A stretch of 64,000 bases of DNA from Candidatus Bathyarchaeota archaeon (GCA_963733095.1 CAVTBV010000016.1:32001-96000), one strand, 5' to 3'. Counted from the stretch's first letter, positions 1 to 10,831 are shown. Numbers and translations: made by a program. The notes: a model not told the origin generated them from the letters alone.

Positions 1-215
1 GAACAGGCATAAGCTACTTTTCGAATTTTCCGCCGCGCATGGGGCATTCTCGCTTTATTGTATCTGGAATCGTTGGAAGTTGTTTTGTGTGGCAGAAACA
101 GAGTGAATCTATTCGTAAAAGTAACAAAGTCTTTGTTTAGTTTAGATCCTTATTTGAAATTAACAGGATTTATTTACAAAAAGATTCCAATAGAAGCACG
201 TGAGAAATGATGAAA

Positions 216-300
216 GATTGGCTGAAAAGGCTCTGGTTAGCATAGAATCCTTGCAATTTTCTTCCCTTCTCCTTTAACCCCTTCCAGAGCCTCAGCAATC
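216..300 (-). repeat. Bulged-stem dispersed repeat, copy A
   Basis: Minus strand reads GATTGCTGAGGCTCTGG...CCAGAGCCCTTTTCAGCCAATC; same termini as the copies at 13090, 16247 and 19178. Confidence 0.65.
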
Positions 301-362
301 GATCAAGAAAGCAACTCTGTAACTTGCTTTGATGATTTTAGAGGAATCAGCTGTCATGCTGT

Positions 363-590
363 TTATGGCTTGAAAATGACTAAGTATTTTCGTTCTTTAT
401 CCTCAATAACGGTTAACCCGTGGTTTTTTGCAAACACTTCTATTTCTTCATTATTATCACATTTAATCTGAATCAGGTAATCATCAGGTCTTCTCAGTGA
501 AACATGAATGTATGTTGGCTCCACAACTTTGTTAGCTACTAATTCTTTTAACAAAGCCATAGCTTGCAGTCTATCCAAGTACGCCCACAC
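363..590 (-). CDS. Small hypothetical protein
   Basis: 75-aa ORF with protein-like composition; no recognised motif. Confidence 0.55.
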   Translation of the reverse strand: MWAYLDRLQAMALLKELVANKVVEPTYIHVSLRRPDDYLIQIKCDNNEEIEVFAKNHGLTVIEDKERKYLVIFKP

Positions 591-835
591 AATAAGTTAA
601 CGCTAATTTTGATATAACGTTTTTCAATAAAGAACTATTACGATAAAATAAGAAAACGTAGGGTAAAACATAGCCGAATAGGAATTGGAAGAAACAAACA
701 TTTTCATCATATTTCATTTCCTAACAAGAATAACCCCCCAAACATGTTGATGTACATCATCGGGTTTGGATATGTGTCCAATCAAGAAATATCACTTATA
801 GGCATTCATGATTTTCTGTCTAAAGTGAAAACCGA

Positions 836-1090
836 TTGCAGAAACGCAGCCAAACAACCATCACAATCGACATTCTAAAAGCGACCCTAAAGCCCCAGAA
901 AAAAATGCGCATAATGTACCAATCAAACCTAAACTACGTAAACTTCAACAGATACCTCAAAGACTTCCTCTGCAAAGGCTTCATCGAGGCTGTCAAGGAC
1001 ATAGAAGGAAAAAATTGTTACTGCATAACCCCAAGAGGAAAAGCTCTTCTTTTGGCGCTTAGAAAAGCCCATGGACTTGGATATGAATGA
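836..1090 (+). CDS. Winged helix-turn-helix regulator (ArnR1/HTH_45-like)
   Basis: KRS..I.IDIL...KKMRIMYQSNLNY...YL..L..KGFI...Y.ITPRG pattern. Confidence 0.75.
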   Translation: MQKRSQTTITIDILKATLKPQKKMRIMYQSNLNYVNFNRYLKDFLCKGFIEAVKDIEGKNCYCITPRGKALLLALRKAHGLGYE

Positions 1091-1256
1091 TCAGTTTTTG
1101 ATTGTTCCTGAGGTTTTAATCTTCAAGTTGCGAATGTCTGCTGGTAAAATTCATTTTTGATGCGTGCTAACTAGGAACTTGAAATCTAATAACGTTTAAT
1201 CTTGTTTGAAAACTCTAAATATCCGTGGGCATGAAAAACAATGTGAGGGACTGAAT

Positions 1257-1565
1257 ATGTTTGAACCTCATCAAGGAAATGTGCATTTAGACTGTAATTT
1301 TGATAGGATGTGGGATTTTTTGAAGGCGAAGGGTGAGCTTTGTTTGCAGACAGAAGTTGAGGGAAAACCCTTCATTGCAAAGGCTACTGTTGCTTTGTGA
1401 GGAAAGCATGAGGGTGAGCGGGTGATTGTTTTTCTCCATGAAAAAGCTGGGAAGAGGACTGAATCTGCAAGAGGATATGAATGCTGCTGGGGACATTACT
1501 ACAACTGTTATGGAACCAGAATTGGCATGTACTTTAAAGCCCTATTCCATTCGACGAGATTATAG
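1257..1565 (+). pseudogene. Hypothetical protein interrupted by an in-frame TGA at 1398-1400
   Basis: Frame continues past the TGA as GKHEGERVIVF...YECCWGHYYNCYGTRIGMYFKAL to TAG at 1563-1565. Confidence 0.55.
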
Positions 1566-1823
1566 AAGTTAGCTTTAACTTTTCTATATCTTATTGTCGG
1601 TTTACCAGCCGGTGGGTTTCATGTTAGATAGTATTTTAGCCTGGAAGATATAGTCGCCGTCTGGGCTGTTTAATATTGCCTCAAAAACTTCTTCAAACAC
1701 AATTTAACCTCAAAGAATTTTATTTGGGAAATGTTCTGCTTTCTCCAAGACTAAGTTGATTGGTTAGCTTAAGAAGGATATTCCAAAAACGAGAATATGC
1801 CCGGGGGCAGCAGACAAGTTTGC

Positions 1824-2157
1824 TTATCTTGCCCAGCAGGGTCCATAGCCGTATCCGTAGTCGTAGTTGCCTTGGTTGGGTTGATAGGGTTGGTATGGTT
1901 CTGGAGCTGAACTGTTAGTGGGTGCTTGGGGAGTAACATTTTGGCTGCCGTAGTAGGATTGTGCGGGTGCGTAGCCAAAGCAGTTGTCCTATCCAGCCAA
2001 AGAAGCCTCCGTTGTTGGGTGCTGCCGTGTTGGGGGCTGTGCCTGTGTAGGTTTGGTTAGCAGCTATTTGGGCTGAAGCTAATCCAATAACAACCAGAGT
2101 TAAGGCCGCTACTGCGACCAGAGCTAATACGATTTTTGTTGTGCTCAATTTATTCAT
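1824..2157 (-). CDS. Small secreted Tyr/Gly/Gln/Pro-rich protein (frameshift near 1987)
   Basis: Signal peptide (LALVAVAALTLVVIGLASA); removing one base after GFFGWIG gives NCFGYAPAQSYYG...NQGNYDYGYGYGPCWAR*. Confidence 0.6.
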
Positions 2158-2657
2158 CACCATATTATAATATGCGCATGAATGAATATATAAGTTGGCT
2201 GAAACAAACTGAAACAGTCAATGAACAGTTTTCAAGGTCCTTTGATTGTTTACGTTATAAGTTACTTTCAGCCTGTTTTTATTGCTTGGTTCATCTTGCA
2301 AATCAGGCACGAATAAAATTCTTGTCCATAGGCGCACCTGGCAATAGGTGTGCGTGTTTTATAAGGAAAAAAATTTGCTTTATTATTTAGGATCGCTTTC
2401 TTTGTAATGCTTATTTCTTATCAGAGAAAAAAAGATTATAATTATTCTGAAAAGGTCATTGAAAATTGTTGTAGGCGCGGCAAAGCCACAAACATATCGT
2501 AATTGTCAATAACTCTGCCAATTTTTGAATTACTCAATTCAATTTATTGAGATAATAAAGTGATGCTAGTAAAAAGCAATATTGCTTGAATTAAACAACA
2601 CCTTGACAGCAAGGTTTTATAATATCCTTTCTCTAACATGTAGATCCGCATGGTTTA

Positions 2658-3002
2658 GTGAGAGGTAAAGGAAAGTTGAAGATGAGACGATCGAAATTAG
2701 AAATGTACATTGCCATTCTCAACGTCTTGGGGGACAAGGGACCATTAAAGCTGACCCACTTGATGTATAAAGCCAATGTCAACTGCAGTATTCTCAATGA
2801 GCACCTGAGCTTTCTAATAAAACAAGGCCTAATCGAAAAACATATTGTCGAAAAAGAACGCGTAGTTTTCAAGATCACGAAAAGCGGCATGAACGTTCTG
2901 AAGTATTTTAGAGAACTCACACAAGTGTTGCCTATAATAGAAGAAAGCCGAAGCCAGACAACTCCAATTCCCTACAAACAAACGAATCATCGCTTACTTT
3001 AA
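2658..3002 (+). CDS. Winged helix-turn-helix regulator (ArnR1/HTH_45-like)
   Basis: MRRSKLEMYIAIL...GPLKLTHLMYKANVNCSIL.EHL.FLIKQGLIE...F.IT.SG; true start probably the downstream MRRS. Confidence 0.85.
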   Translation: MRGKGKLKMRRSKLEMYIAILNVLGDKGPLKLTHLMYKANVNCSILNEHLSFLIKQGLIEKHIVEKERVVFKITKSGMNVLKYFRELTQVLPIIEESRSQTTPIPYKQTNHRLL

Positions 3003-3139
3003 ATTACTTTCAGCCGTTAGCCTGAATTTAGCTTCATTTTCAACGCAGACTCCACTATTCAGCAAAGTAGTTTGGAGTTACTGTTTAAGAACCCAAGACT
3101 GCCTTCTGCTATCCTTCAACCTAAGGGAGAATTGAGACT

Positions 3140-3862
3140 TTGAGCCAAACCATTGCAGTAAAGACGACGCTGTCTCAACCAGTTTTTCCATTAAACTTAA
3201 GAAATGTTAAGGAGGTTTTCCCTGGGTTCGCCTTGGGTGATTTTGCTGTTCTGCAAGGTGTCTCGCTTTCATCTCTAACGTCGATGATATGCGTAAATGC
3301 TCAACTTCCAACTCAACTAGGAGGTTTACAGAGCAGCGTTGTCTTCATCGACGGTGGAAACACGTTTAGATTATACCAGATAGCTCGGTTAGCTCAACTT
3401 CATCATCTTAACCCCAAAAAGGTCCTCGACAACATTTACATATCAAGACCTTTCACCGCCTATCAAACATGCTTTCTCATCATGCACCAACTCAAAGACG
3501 CAATCAAAAAGTATAACGCCAAAATTGCAATAATTTCTGACATCGCCGGATTCTTCCTAGACAACGACATTCCTGAAGATGAAGCCCAAAGAATATTTGA
3601 GCAAGTAGCGACCTTTCTATCAAATTTTGCCCGCGAAACCCAAACGATAATCATCGCAACCTACCCACAACATGCAGAGACGCCAAGAAACGACCTGCTC
3701 CAATCCCAAACAACCCGAAAAGCAAACGTTGTATTGTCCTTAAGAAAGACAAGTTATGCCCGGCAGTTTATACTAGAAAAGCATCCCTATCTTTCCTGGG
3801 GCGTTGCTGAGTTGCCAGTAGAGGACTTGACGTTAGAAGATTTTGTGGACGCGAATGTTTAA
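3140..3862 (+). CDS. RadA/Rad51-like protein with degenerate Walker A (PolB2-associated type)
   Basis: QLP.QLGGL.S.VVFIDGGNTFR..QI......L.P..VLDNIYISR.FTAYQ is RadA-like; no GxxxxGKT. Confidence 0.75.
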   Translation: MSQTIAVKTTLSQPVFPLNLRNVKEVFPGFALGDFAVLQGVSLSSLTSMICVNAQLPTQLGGLQSSVVFIDGGNTFRLYQIARLAQLHHLNPKKVLDNIYISRPFTAYQTCFLIMHQLKDAIKKYNAKIAIISDIAGFFLDNDIPEDEAQRIFEQVATFLSNFARETQTIIIATYPQHAETPRNDLLQSQTTRKANVVLSLRKTSYARQFILEKHPYLSWGVAELPVEDLTLEDFVDANV

Positions 3863-4007
3863 TGGGCAAAACCGTGGAATCCTACCGCATGGCTCTAGAA
3901 GATGAGATTAGCCTGGAGCGGCTTTTGGAAAGGCTCTGAGAATTGAGGATAAGAAAGCCTTCGACACTTTGATGGATGCCAGCTGAAGCTATTCGTTAGC
4001 GGCAAGT
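3862..4007 (+). pseudogene. Decayed PolB2-associated small protein (arCOG07300-like)
   Basis: MGKTVESYRMALEDEIS, then across frameshifts WSG-GKALRIEDKKAFDTLMDA, then TGA; start overlaps the RadA-like stop (TAATG). Confidence 0.6.
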
Positions 4008-4274
4008 TTGCTTAGCTTCTCCAATACATCGAGAAAACCGTTTACGATTCAATTAGAGGATACGAAAACAGGGACCTTTTCAGTTATCTCAATGAAGATT
4101 ACTGACTCATTTTTGCGGTCGATAGAACAGATCAATCAAAGAAAGATCTAAGCTGGGCTTGCTTGATCTTTGGCTTATACTTGACCGTCCTCTTTTTCGC
4201 TTTTCCAAAAATATGTTAATAATTTGATAAAGGGTCCAAGTCGGATGACTAAAAATAATAAAATGATGAAAGAT

Positions 4275-4346
4275 TTATTCCCATCCTTCGTCGTCAAATT
4301 CTTCATCTTCAGTTTCTTCCCATTCCTCTTCTTCCTCGGATGTCAT
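4275..4346 (-). CDS. 23-aa highly acidic micropeptide MTSEEEEEWEETEDEEFDDEGWE
   Basis: SD-like GAGGTG about 9 nt upstream and a TATA-like TTTTAAG further upstream; not in the ORF track. Confidence 0.5.
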   Translation of the reverse strand: MTSEEEEEWEETEDEEFDDEGWE

Positions 4347-4608
4347 GTCATTTTTCACCTCACACAAAACGGACAAGTTACCTGTATTGAGAGTCTTAAA
4401 AGCCTTTACTTTCGACAAACGAAGTTGAAATTCACATGATAAAGGCTTGGCATGTGCTACGGCGCAATACTCGACATGTGCACAAGAGAGGAAAAAGGGC
4501 TGACTAAATCACTATTCCAGTGTCCAAATTGCATGATTGTAAATTGCATGATTGTTGTGTTGCGAGAACACTTCTAATCTGAACGTCGGAAATTGGCACT
4601 CTTGTTGA

Positions 4609-4893
4609 TTATTCTTCGATCAATTTCCTTTCGATGAAAGGCTCTTTTCCCTTTTGTTTTCCGCAAGTATAACAAATTAAATATACTGCTTTTCCTTCAA
4701 TCCAAAGCATCTCCCTTTTACTTCCACAACCACTGCATGTTAATCCTTGACGGCGAAAAGGTCGCATATGAGTTAAAGTGATTTCTTCCTCAAGATAAGA
4801 CAAACCAGGCAATGTTTCTATTTCTTGATTTGCCTTTGTTTGCGTTATGTTATCGTTAGAGAGCGGTTTAGATTTTTTAGTCGCCATGAACAA
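4609..4893 (-). CDS. Zinc-ribbon protein
   Basis: CSGC and CYTC motifs. Confidence 0.55.
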   Translation of the reverse strand: MFMATKKSKPLSNDNITQTKANQEIETLPGLSYLEEEITLTHMRPFRRQGLTCSGCGSKREMLWIEGKAVYLICYTCGKQKGKEPFIERKLIEE

Positions 4894-5237
4894 AAATTGT
4901 TAGGTTTGCTTAAAAGATTTATGAAACAGAAACCAATTAAATCAGCAGTTGTGGCAGCCGACGGCATACATTAACACTCATCTCGTTTGTTTGCAAGTTC
5001 TTTCTTTCTGTTTTCTTCAATTTTATTGCATATCGAGCAAGCAAAACAAAAAGGCTAGTAAACTGTTTATTTTTTACAAAATTTTCTTTGTAACTCTCGT
5101 TTGCTTTGTGGTTCTTCGGTTATAGCTTTAAGAATTTTTATCAAGTTCTCTGTGTCTTTTCGTTGTTTAGCGGTTCCTCGGTTGGACATAACAGCAGGAT
5201 TACTGTGCATGTTTTATTTAGTGTTTGGGTGCGTAAA

Positions 5238-5473
5238 TCATTGTAGTTTGCTTTGGCACATTGGGCAAGCCCCAACTTTTTTTAGTCCATCAAAGATCAT
5301 TCCTAAATTACATTTATAGCAGAGGCGTATTCCGCACTTTTTGCAGTAGAAGGTAGCGCCTGCGTTTCCACAAGCGTCGCATGTTTTAAAGGCACATTCG
5401 TTGCACAAAAAACTCAGGCTCGATAGCTTGAAACTGAACGGTCACACTTAGGACAAAACTTGCTTATAGGCAA
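5238..5473 (-). pseudogene. Cys-rich multi-CxxC zinc-finger protein, frameshifted
   Basis: FCPKC, then after frameshifts LCNECAFKTCDACGNAGATFYCKKCGIRLCYKC...CPMCQSKLQ*. Confidence 0.55.
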
Positions 5474-5773
5474 TGTCAACTGGTAAACAGCACTTTCAGC
5501 TTGGACCTGCGCTTGTTTTTCCAACTGGTTTAAACAGAAAATGGTCAAAAAACAGGGTTATCTAACAGAAGCGAATCAAAGACAACGAAGATAAGATAGT
5601 TTCATGTGTAAGTTGAATTTCTGTTTAGTACAGGGAAACAAAAATTTTTGTGCTACCTTTGCCATGAATGGGGGCTCAATGTCGGTGCTTTCTAAATTCG
5701 TGTTTTTGCAATCCCCTTTTTTAGAGAAACTAAGAATTGATTTTGTCGCCAGTGCCCACCTGCCAATTAGTCA

Positions 5774-5870
5774 TATATTTAATCTCAAACAATATTGACT
5801 TTATTGGACAATATTAAATTAAATAACTTTTGTTTTTTGTCCAATAAAATTAAATGGAGAAAAAGGAAAA
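5774..5870 (+). promoter_or_regulatory. TATA box, 5' leader hairpin and purine-rich SD of propeller gene 1
   Basis: TATATTTAA at 5774; perfect 12-bp IR TTTATTGGACAA (5800-5811) / TTGTCCAATAAA (5837-5848); then ATTAAATGGAG. Confidence 0.6.
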
Positions 5871-8295
5871 ATGAAAAAAAATAAAACAATACAAACAGCA
5901 ATCACTTTGTTTCTAATATTAAGCATAACTGCTACACTGATAATTTTGCCAATCCCCGTTAAGGGTGCAACAACTTACAACTATCAAACCTTCGCCTATC
6001 TCTCTATTCGACCAAACCCTATAGGCGTCAACCAAACCTTATTGATTAACTTTTGGATAACACCGCCCATGCCACAACCAGGCATTCTGGACATGGCTAC
6101 ACAGTTGAAATCACACATCCTGACGGAACCAAAGAAACTCTCGGACCGTTTACTAGCATACAAGCAGACACATCGATGTGGACCGAGTGGACACCCAAGA
6201 CAGTTGGGACATATCAATTGAAAGTCATTTATCCTGGAGAAACAGTTCCCCCAGGAACACCATATCAAAGCACCGTAATAACATCTGCATATTCAAGCAA
6301 AACAGTGGACACCTACGTTTTTGCTCCTGCCGAAAGTCCAGTAACAGAACTCATCGTACAGCAAGAACCTATCCCTGGATATCAACCAACTCCGCTCCCG
6401 ACAGAATATTGGCAACGCCCAGTATCAATCGAAAACCGAGAATGGGCATCACTTATGGGTGACTGGGTAATGAGCAGCAACAGCCCTAATAGCGCATACT
6501 ATCAGCCATACGGCGGAGGACCAGAATCTTCACACATCCTGTGGGTTAAAACCACTGGCAAAGGCGGCATAGTCGGCGACGTCTACGCAGACAGCGTATA
6601 CAGCGGCGACCCATCAGGAACACGCGTTTATCAGTACATGCAACTCGCTATCGCCGGAATGGGTTACTACAGCGCACCCGACGGAGTACACTGTGTAAAC
6701 TTACGTACTGGAGAAGAATTATGGGTTAAAAAAGACATAACCCTATCCATTGCAATCTCTGAAAACTATCGCGTTCGCGCCCAAGGTCCACCAGTCGATT
6801 CCTACAACGCATACTTAATGCAACTCAGCTCAACACTTCGCAAATGGGACGCATACACTGGAGAATTAATAGTTGAGGTACCCGGCATGTCAGGAACTTA
6901 TGACCCAACACCCTATGACGCAGGCGACTGGGGTGTGCGAACATACGTCTACAGCACACAGACAATAGCTGGTCAAAGATACTTAATTAAATGGACCCCA
7001 CAAGGCAACAGCAACAACTTCACAAGCAGAATCGTATACAACGTCACCTATCCGCTTAACGGTATCACTGGAATTAGCGACGGTAAAGGCTTCTACTTTG
7101 GCGTAGCATTTTCAACTGTTGCCCCTTCCGGAGCCTTTGACATCGAAACAGGTCAAATACTCTGGATGAAAAACTACACTACCAACGAAGCACAGTTCTC
7201 AAGCGCAGGAGTTCTCACTGAAGACGGAATTTACGTCTATCCGAAATATTACGGCGACCCCAATCAGCAAGGATTAAGACCACTGATGGCTATCGACATA
7301 TCAAACGGAAACATCTGTACGATTCCACTGTTACTACATATCCATGGGGAAGCTTCTGGAGCTATTCTAAAGCAGCAGCTTACGGCATGGTCTACTATCC
7401 AACCTACACAGGATATGTATGGGCATTCAATGCAATAACAGGTCAAGTAGTCTGGAAAGGCGGGTATAATTCAGTTGGATATGAAACGCCTTATGGCTAT
7501 CAACCATTCTTCTCCTCGATTGCAGTTGCGGGCGGAAAAGTCTATGCTGGCAACGACGAGCACAGTGAACAATCACCGTATTATCAAGGAAAGAGAATGT
7601 GGTGTCTTGATGCTTACACGGGAGAAACAATATGGAACATAAGTTTCTGGTCACCGGGCTTCAACATGCAAGGACTCATAGCAGACGGGTTGCTGGTAGC
7701 CACCAACTTCTATGACGGTCGCCAATACGCATTCGGTAAAGGCCAAAGCGCAACTACGATTGCAGCATCACCTGAAGTTACCCTTAAAGGATCTAGCGTG
7801 CTGATAACGGGTACTGTAAATGATGTTTCCCCAAGCGCCAAAGACGACCGAGCAGTAGCATTGTATCCAAAGGGTGTTCCATGTGTTTCTGAAGAGAGCC
7901 AAAGTGCATTCATGGAATATGTCTACATGCAAAAAGAAAAGCCAATGAACACAACCGGTGTCCTCGTAACATTAAGCGTTCTTGACTCCAATGGCAATTA
8001 CAGAGACATAGGCACTGTAAACACTAATGCAGACGGGTTCTACAGCTTAAACTGGACCCCTGACATCGATGGAACATACACTGTCTATGCTTCGTTTGCT
8101 GGCAGCAATTCCTATTGGCCATCACAAGCAGTCGCAGCTTTCGCTGTTGACCCAACATCGCAAACTCCGACACCAACAGCCGTTCCAAATCAATCAACGG
8201 TGGATCAGTACTTCTTACCAGCTGTGATAGGCATAGTGCTCGTAATCATCGTATGCTTTGCAATAACGATTCTAATCCTTAGAAAACGACCTTAA
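5871..8295 (+). CDS. PQQ-like beta-propeller cell-surface protein 1 (two frameshifts, near 6085 and 7316)
   Basis: Signal peptide, PNPIGV.Q N-domain, PLPTEYW.RP, A.TG...W repeats, FMEYVYMQ, C-terminal TM + LRKRP; the three ORF pieces join by single-base additions in short runs. Confidence 0.85.
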
Positions 8296-8326
8296 AATCT
8301 AACTCCCTTTTTTTCTTTGAACAAAG

Positions 8327-8637
8327 TTATTCTTTCTTGCTTTTTTTGCCTAATTCGATTAAGCGTTTCATTCGTTGCCCTCCACGTTGACCTGCTTCCT
8401 TTAAGCTGACTTTGCCCTGGGCTTCTTTTGTGCCTTCATGCTGTTTGGCGCGGACACTGCCACCTTTACTGCCGATTTCTCTATAGAACTCGGGCCATGT
8501 TCTTCGGAGACTTTTTCGCCACCTTTGCGACCAATTTCTTCGTAGAACTCGCGCCCATGGGTTGACGCGGTTTTTCTTCCGCCGAGTCTTCCTGCTTCGG
8601 CGACGGTTATATGTTTTTTATCCACACATTTCCCCAA
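8327..8637 (-). CDS. KGG-repeat general stress protein (GsiB/YciG/Em-like), frameshifted
   Basis: EAGRLGG...HGREFYEEIGRKGG; the corrected frame continues HGPEFYREIGSKGG...EAGQRGGQRMKRLIELGKK. Confidence 0.8.
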
Positions 8638-8838
8638 CTATCTAAGCAACCGCTTGCTTAAAAGTTTGAACCTTGCCTTATGGCTCTTTAATCCGGTTTA
8701 ATGCCTACGTTTTTTGCTCCATTAGGTATTCAAGAAACTGTAAACTTGGGCGCCTTAATAAATTAATTAAACGATGCGACTTCTAACTAAAAGCAACAAG
8801 CAAATTACAATTAAAGCAAAACAGGATCAAGGAGAAAA

Positions 8839-9282
8839 ATGATGCGAAGAGATAAATTAGAAATAGATTTCAAATGTGATATTGACGAGTTTATTCATCT
8901 TGCAAAGCGATGGAATAATCTGCATAAAAGATTACTAAATACTTTGGCGAGGTTACCTGAAGAAGTCTATCAATTCACGTTACAGAAAATCTCTTTCCAT
9001 GCAGGCCAGAGCCAAACTATCCAAGTCGCAGAAATAAACAAACCCTACATGATAATTCTAAAAAGAACAGACTCAGAATCCCTAATAGCACATGAAATAG
9101 CCCATGCATATCTTAACTATACCAAAACAAAATGCGTGTCAGATGATCAAGAAGCTGAAGCTGATGACCTGAGAAGGAAATGGGGGTTCAAGAAGAAACA
9201 ACTCTGCCAAACCTTCCCTAAAGGATGTCTTAATTGCTTTAACCCTCACTGTTCCGAAAGCAAATCAAGAAAGATACGTTAA
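8839..9282 (+). CDS. Small HExxH metallopeptidase-like protein (ImmA/IrrE-like) with Cys-rich tail
   Basis: IAHEIAHAYL...EAEAD...WGF; C-terminal C..C..C....C. Confidence 0.65.
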   Translation: MMRRDKLEIDFKCDIDEFIHLAKRWNNLHKRLLNTLARLPEEVYQFTLQKISFHAGQSQTIQVAEINKPYMIILKRTDSESLIAHEIAHAYLNYTKTKCVSDDQEAEADDLRRKWGFKKKQLCQTFPKGCLNCFNPHCSESKSRKIR

Positions 9283-9620
9283 CAATTTAACGTATTGGGA
9301 ATTTTGGATTGTTTCTTAATTAGATAATTAAATGTCAATGAACATGCTCCAAAGAAACCGTGATACATTTTCCATAAATTGTATTTTTTCATGATTTATT
9401 ATTTGTTTTCTTTTGTACGCACTTTAATAGAAAACTAGGTGCCTTAGGCATTGTTAACTTTGTCTACTTTGGCACTTTTAATGTCATTTGACGAATGTAA
9501 ATGCTTAAAATACTAACTTGGGGAAAACATGATTAAATCGGACATATCAAGCATGTTATGTGTTGCTTATTTTCTCATAATAGGAAGAGGATTAAAGAGT
9601 ATAGAACGAAAGAATAGGTA

Positions 9621-10217
9621 TTACTTGCTCGATGGTTTAGTGCCGTTCAAGTTTTCGATTTTGTCAACAGTGCTAAATGTAAGTTGTTCAAGTCTATTGC
9701 TCATTCGCTCAACGTCGCCAACAGATTTTTTAATTTCGCACATTCCAGGTTTACTGAGTATATCAAGTTGGTTGATATAACCGTTGTACAAGATTTGGTA
9801 TTGAATGTTTTTAGCCGAGTTTCTTGTAATTTTTGATTGAGGAGAAATTAATAGAATTGAAACAAGCGAAACCACTCCTAGCAAAGCAGGAATTAACGAT
9901 AAGAAACTAAGGCTGTAGAGGACGCTAAGCAATATTGAGTCTAAGATGAGGGTTGCTCCAAAACCCATCATTAGGATGTAGATAAAGATGTTGATCTTGC
10001 AAGCAATTTCACTTATTGAAATTGCCCTACGAAAAGTGTCACTAAAGGTTTTTTCAACGTACGCAGATTTTCTTTCTTTAAGTTTTTTTTCCTGATCAAA
10101 ATCCTTCGAGTCTTCTACTTGCGAAGTTTCAAGAGCAAAAATTTGACTGCCTTCTTCCATCTGTATTGCAGCTGGCTTGGAAATCGGGGGTTTTAGTTCA
10201 GTCAATACGTTCACCAT
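9621..10217 (-). CDS. 2-TM membrane protein
   Basis: Central hydrophobic helices flanked by soluble regions. Confidence 0.65.
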   Translation of the reverse strand: MVNVLTELKPPISKPAAIQMEEGSQIFALETSQVEDSKDFDQEKKLKERKSAYVEKTFSDTFRRAISISEIACKINIFIYILMMGFGATLILDSILLSVLYSLSFLSLIPALLGVVSLVSILLISPQSKITRNSAKNIQYQILYNGYINQLDILSKPGMCEIKKSVGDVERMSNRLEQLTFSTVDKIENLNGTKPSSK

Positions 10218-10351
10218 TAGAATTAAGATGTTATATTATTGGTTAATACGACTTGCGACTTAAGAATTATTATTGTGACTCTCATTTGGGCGCTCTTCTT
10301 TTTTTGTTTTTTTGTTTCCTAAATTATGGAATATCGTAGATAACTCGATAG

Positions 10352-10831
10352 TTAAAGGGATTTATCGATACGATACTTAAAAGAAACAGTTATTCGTTTT
10401 CGGCTAAGCGTGCCTCGTATTTCATTGTTGATTCTTGTGTCTTCTCGTCCTCTGCTGGCATGCCCAAATCTGGAGACCTTCCAGCCCTTGAGTTTTCCTC
10501 GAATTAGTTGTGGGTTGCTTGTGACTATTAGGAAGGGTAGTTTGGTTTGTGTGCAGTATAGGTCTGCTATGAAGTTGAGGAGTCGTTTGCCTACTCCGAT
10601 TCCTTGATAATCTGGGAGAACGACTAAGCGGCTGACTCGGTAGTATTTTGCTTTCATTCTCACGCATGCGACAGCTATGAATGCAATGGGTTTGCCTTGA
10701 TAGATAGCTGTGTAGCATCTGACTCCTGCACCCAGAGAACCGTTCAGATAATGATAGCTCCGAAACATCTTCCAAAGGTTAGCGCCGCACCGATAGATTT
10801 GGAGTTCAACGGGCGGCCGGCTTCTTTTTTT
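10352..10831 (-). CDS. GNAT acetyltransferase domain (-1 frame relative to the upstream ATPase)
   Basis: W.MFRSYHYL...RVSRLVVLPDYQGIGVG.RLL (motif A); frame is open back to the A7 run at 10825-10831. Confidence 0.85.
   Translation of the reverse strand, partial: KKRSRPPVELQIYRCGANLWKMFRSYHYLNGSLGAGVRCYTAIYQGKPIAFIAVACVRMKAKYYRVSRLVVLPDYQGIGVGKRLLNFIADLYCTQTKLPFLIVTSNPQLIRGKLKGWKVSRFGHASRGREDTRINNEIRGTLSRKRITVSFKYRIDKSL

Noticed and set aside
1398-1400. Selenocysteine codon
   Set aside because: Context (VAL*GKH) is not a Cys/redox motif and no SECIS-like element was recognised; a nonsense mutation is more parsimonious
4526-4555. 15-bp tandem duplication AAATTGCATGATTGT
   Set aside because: Only two copies; a local slippage event with no further structure
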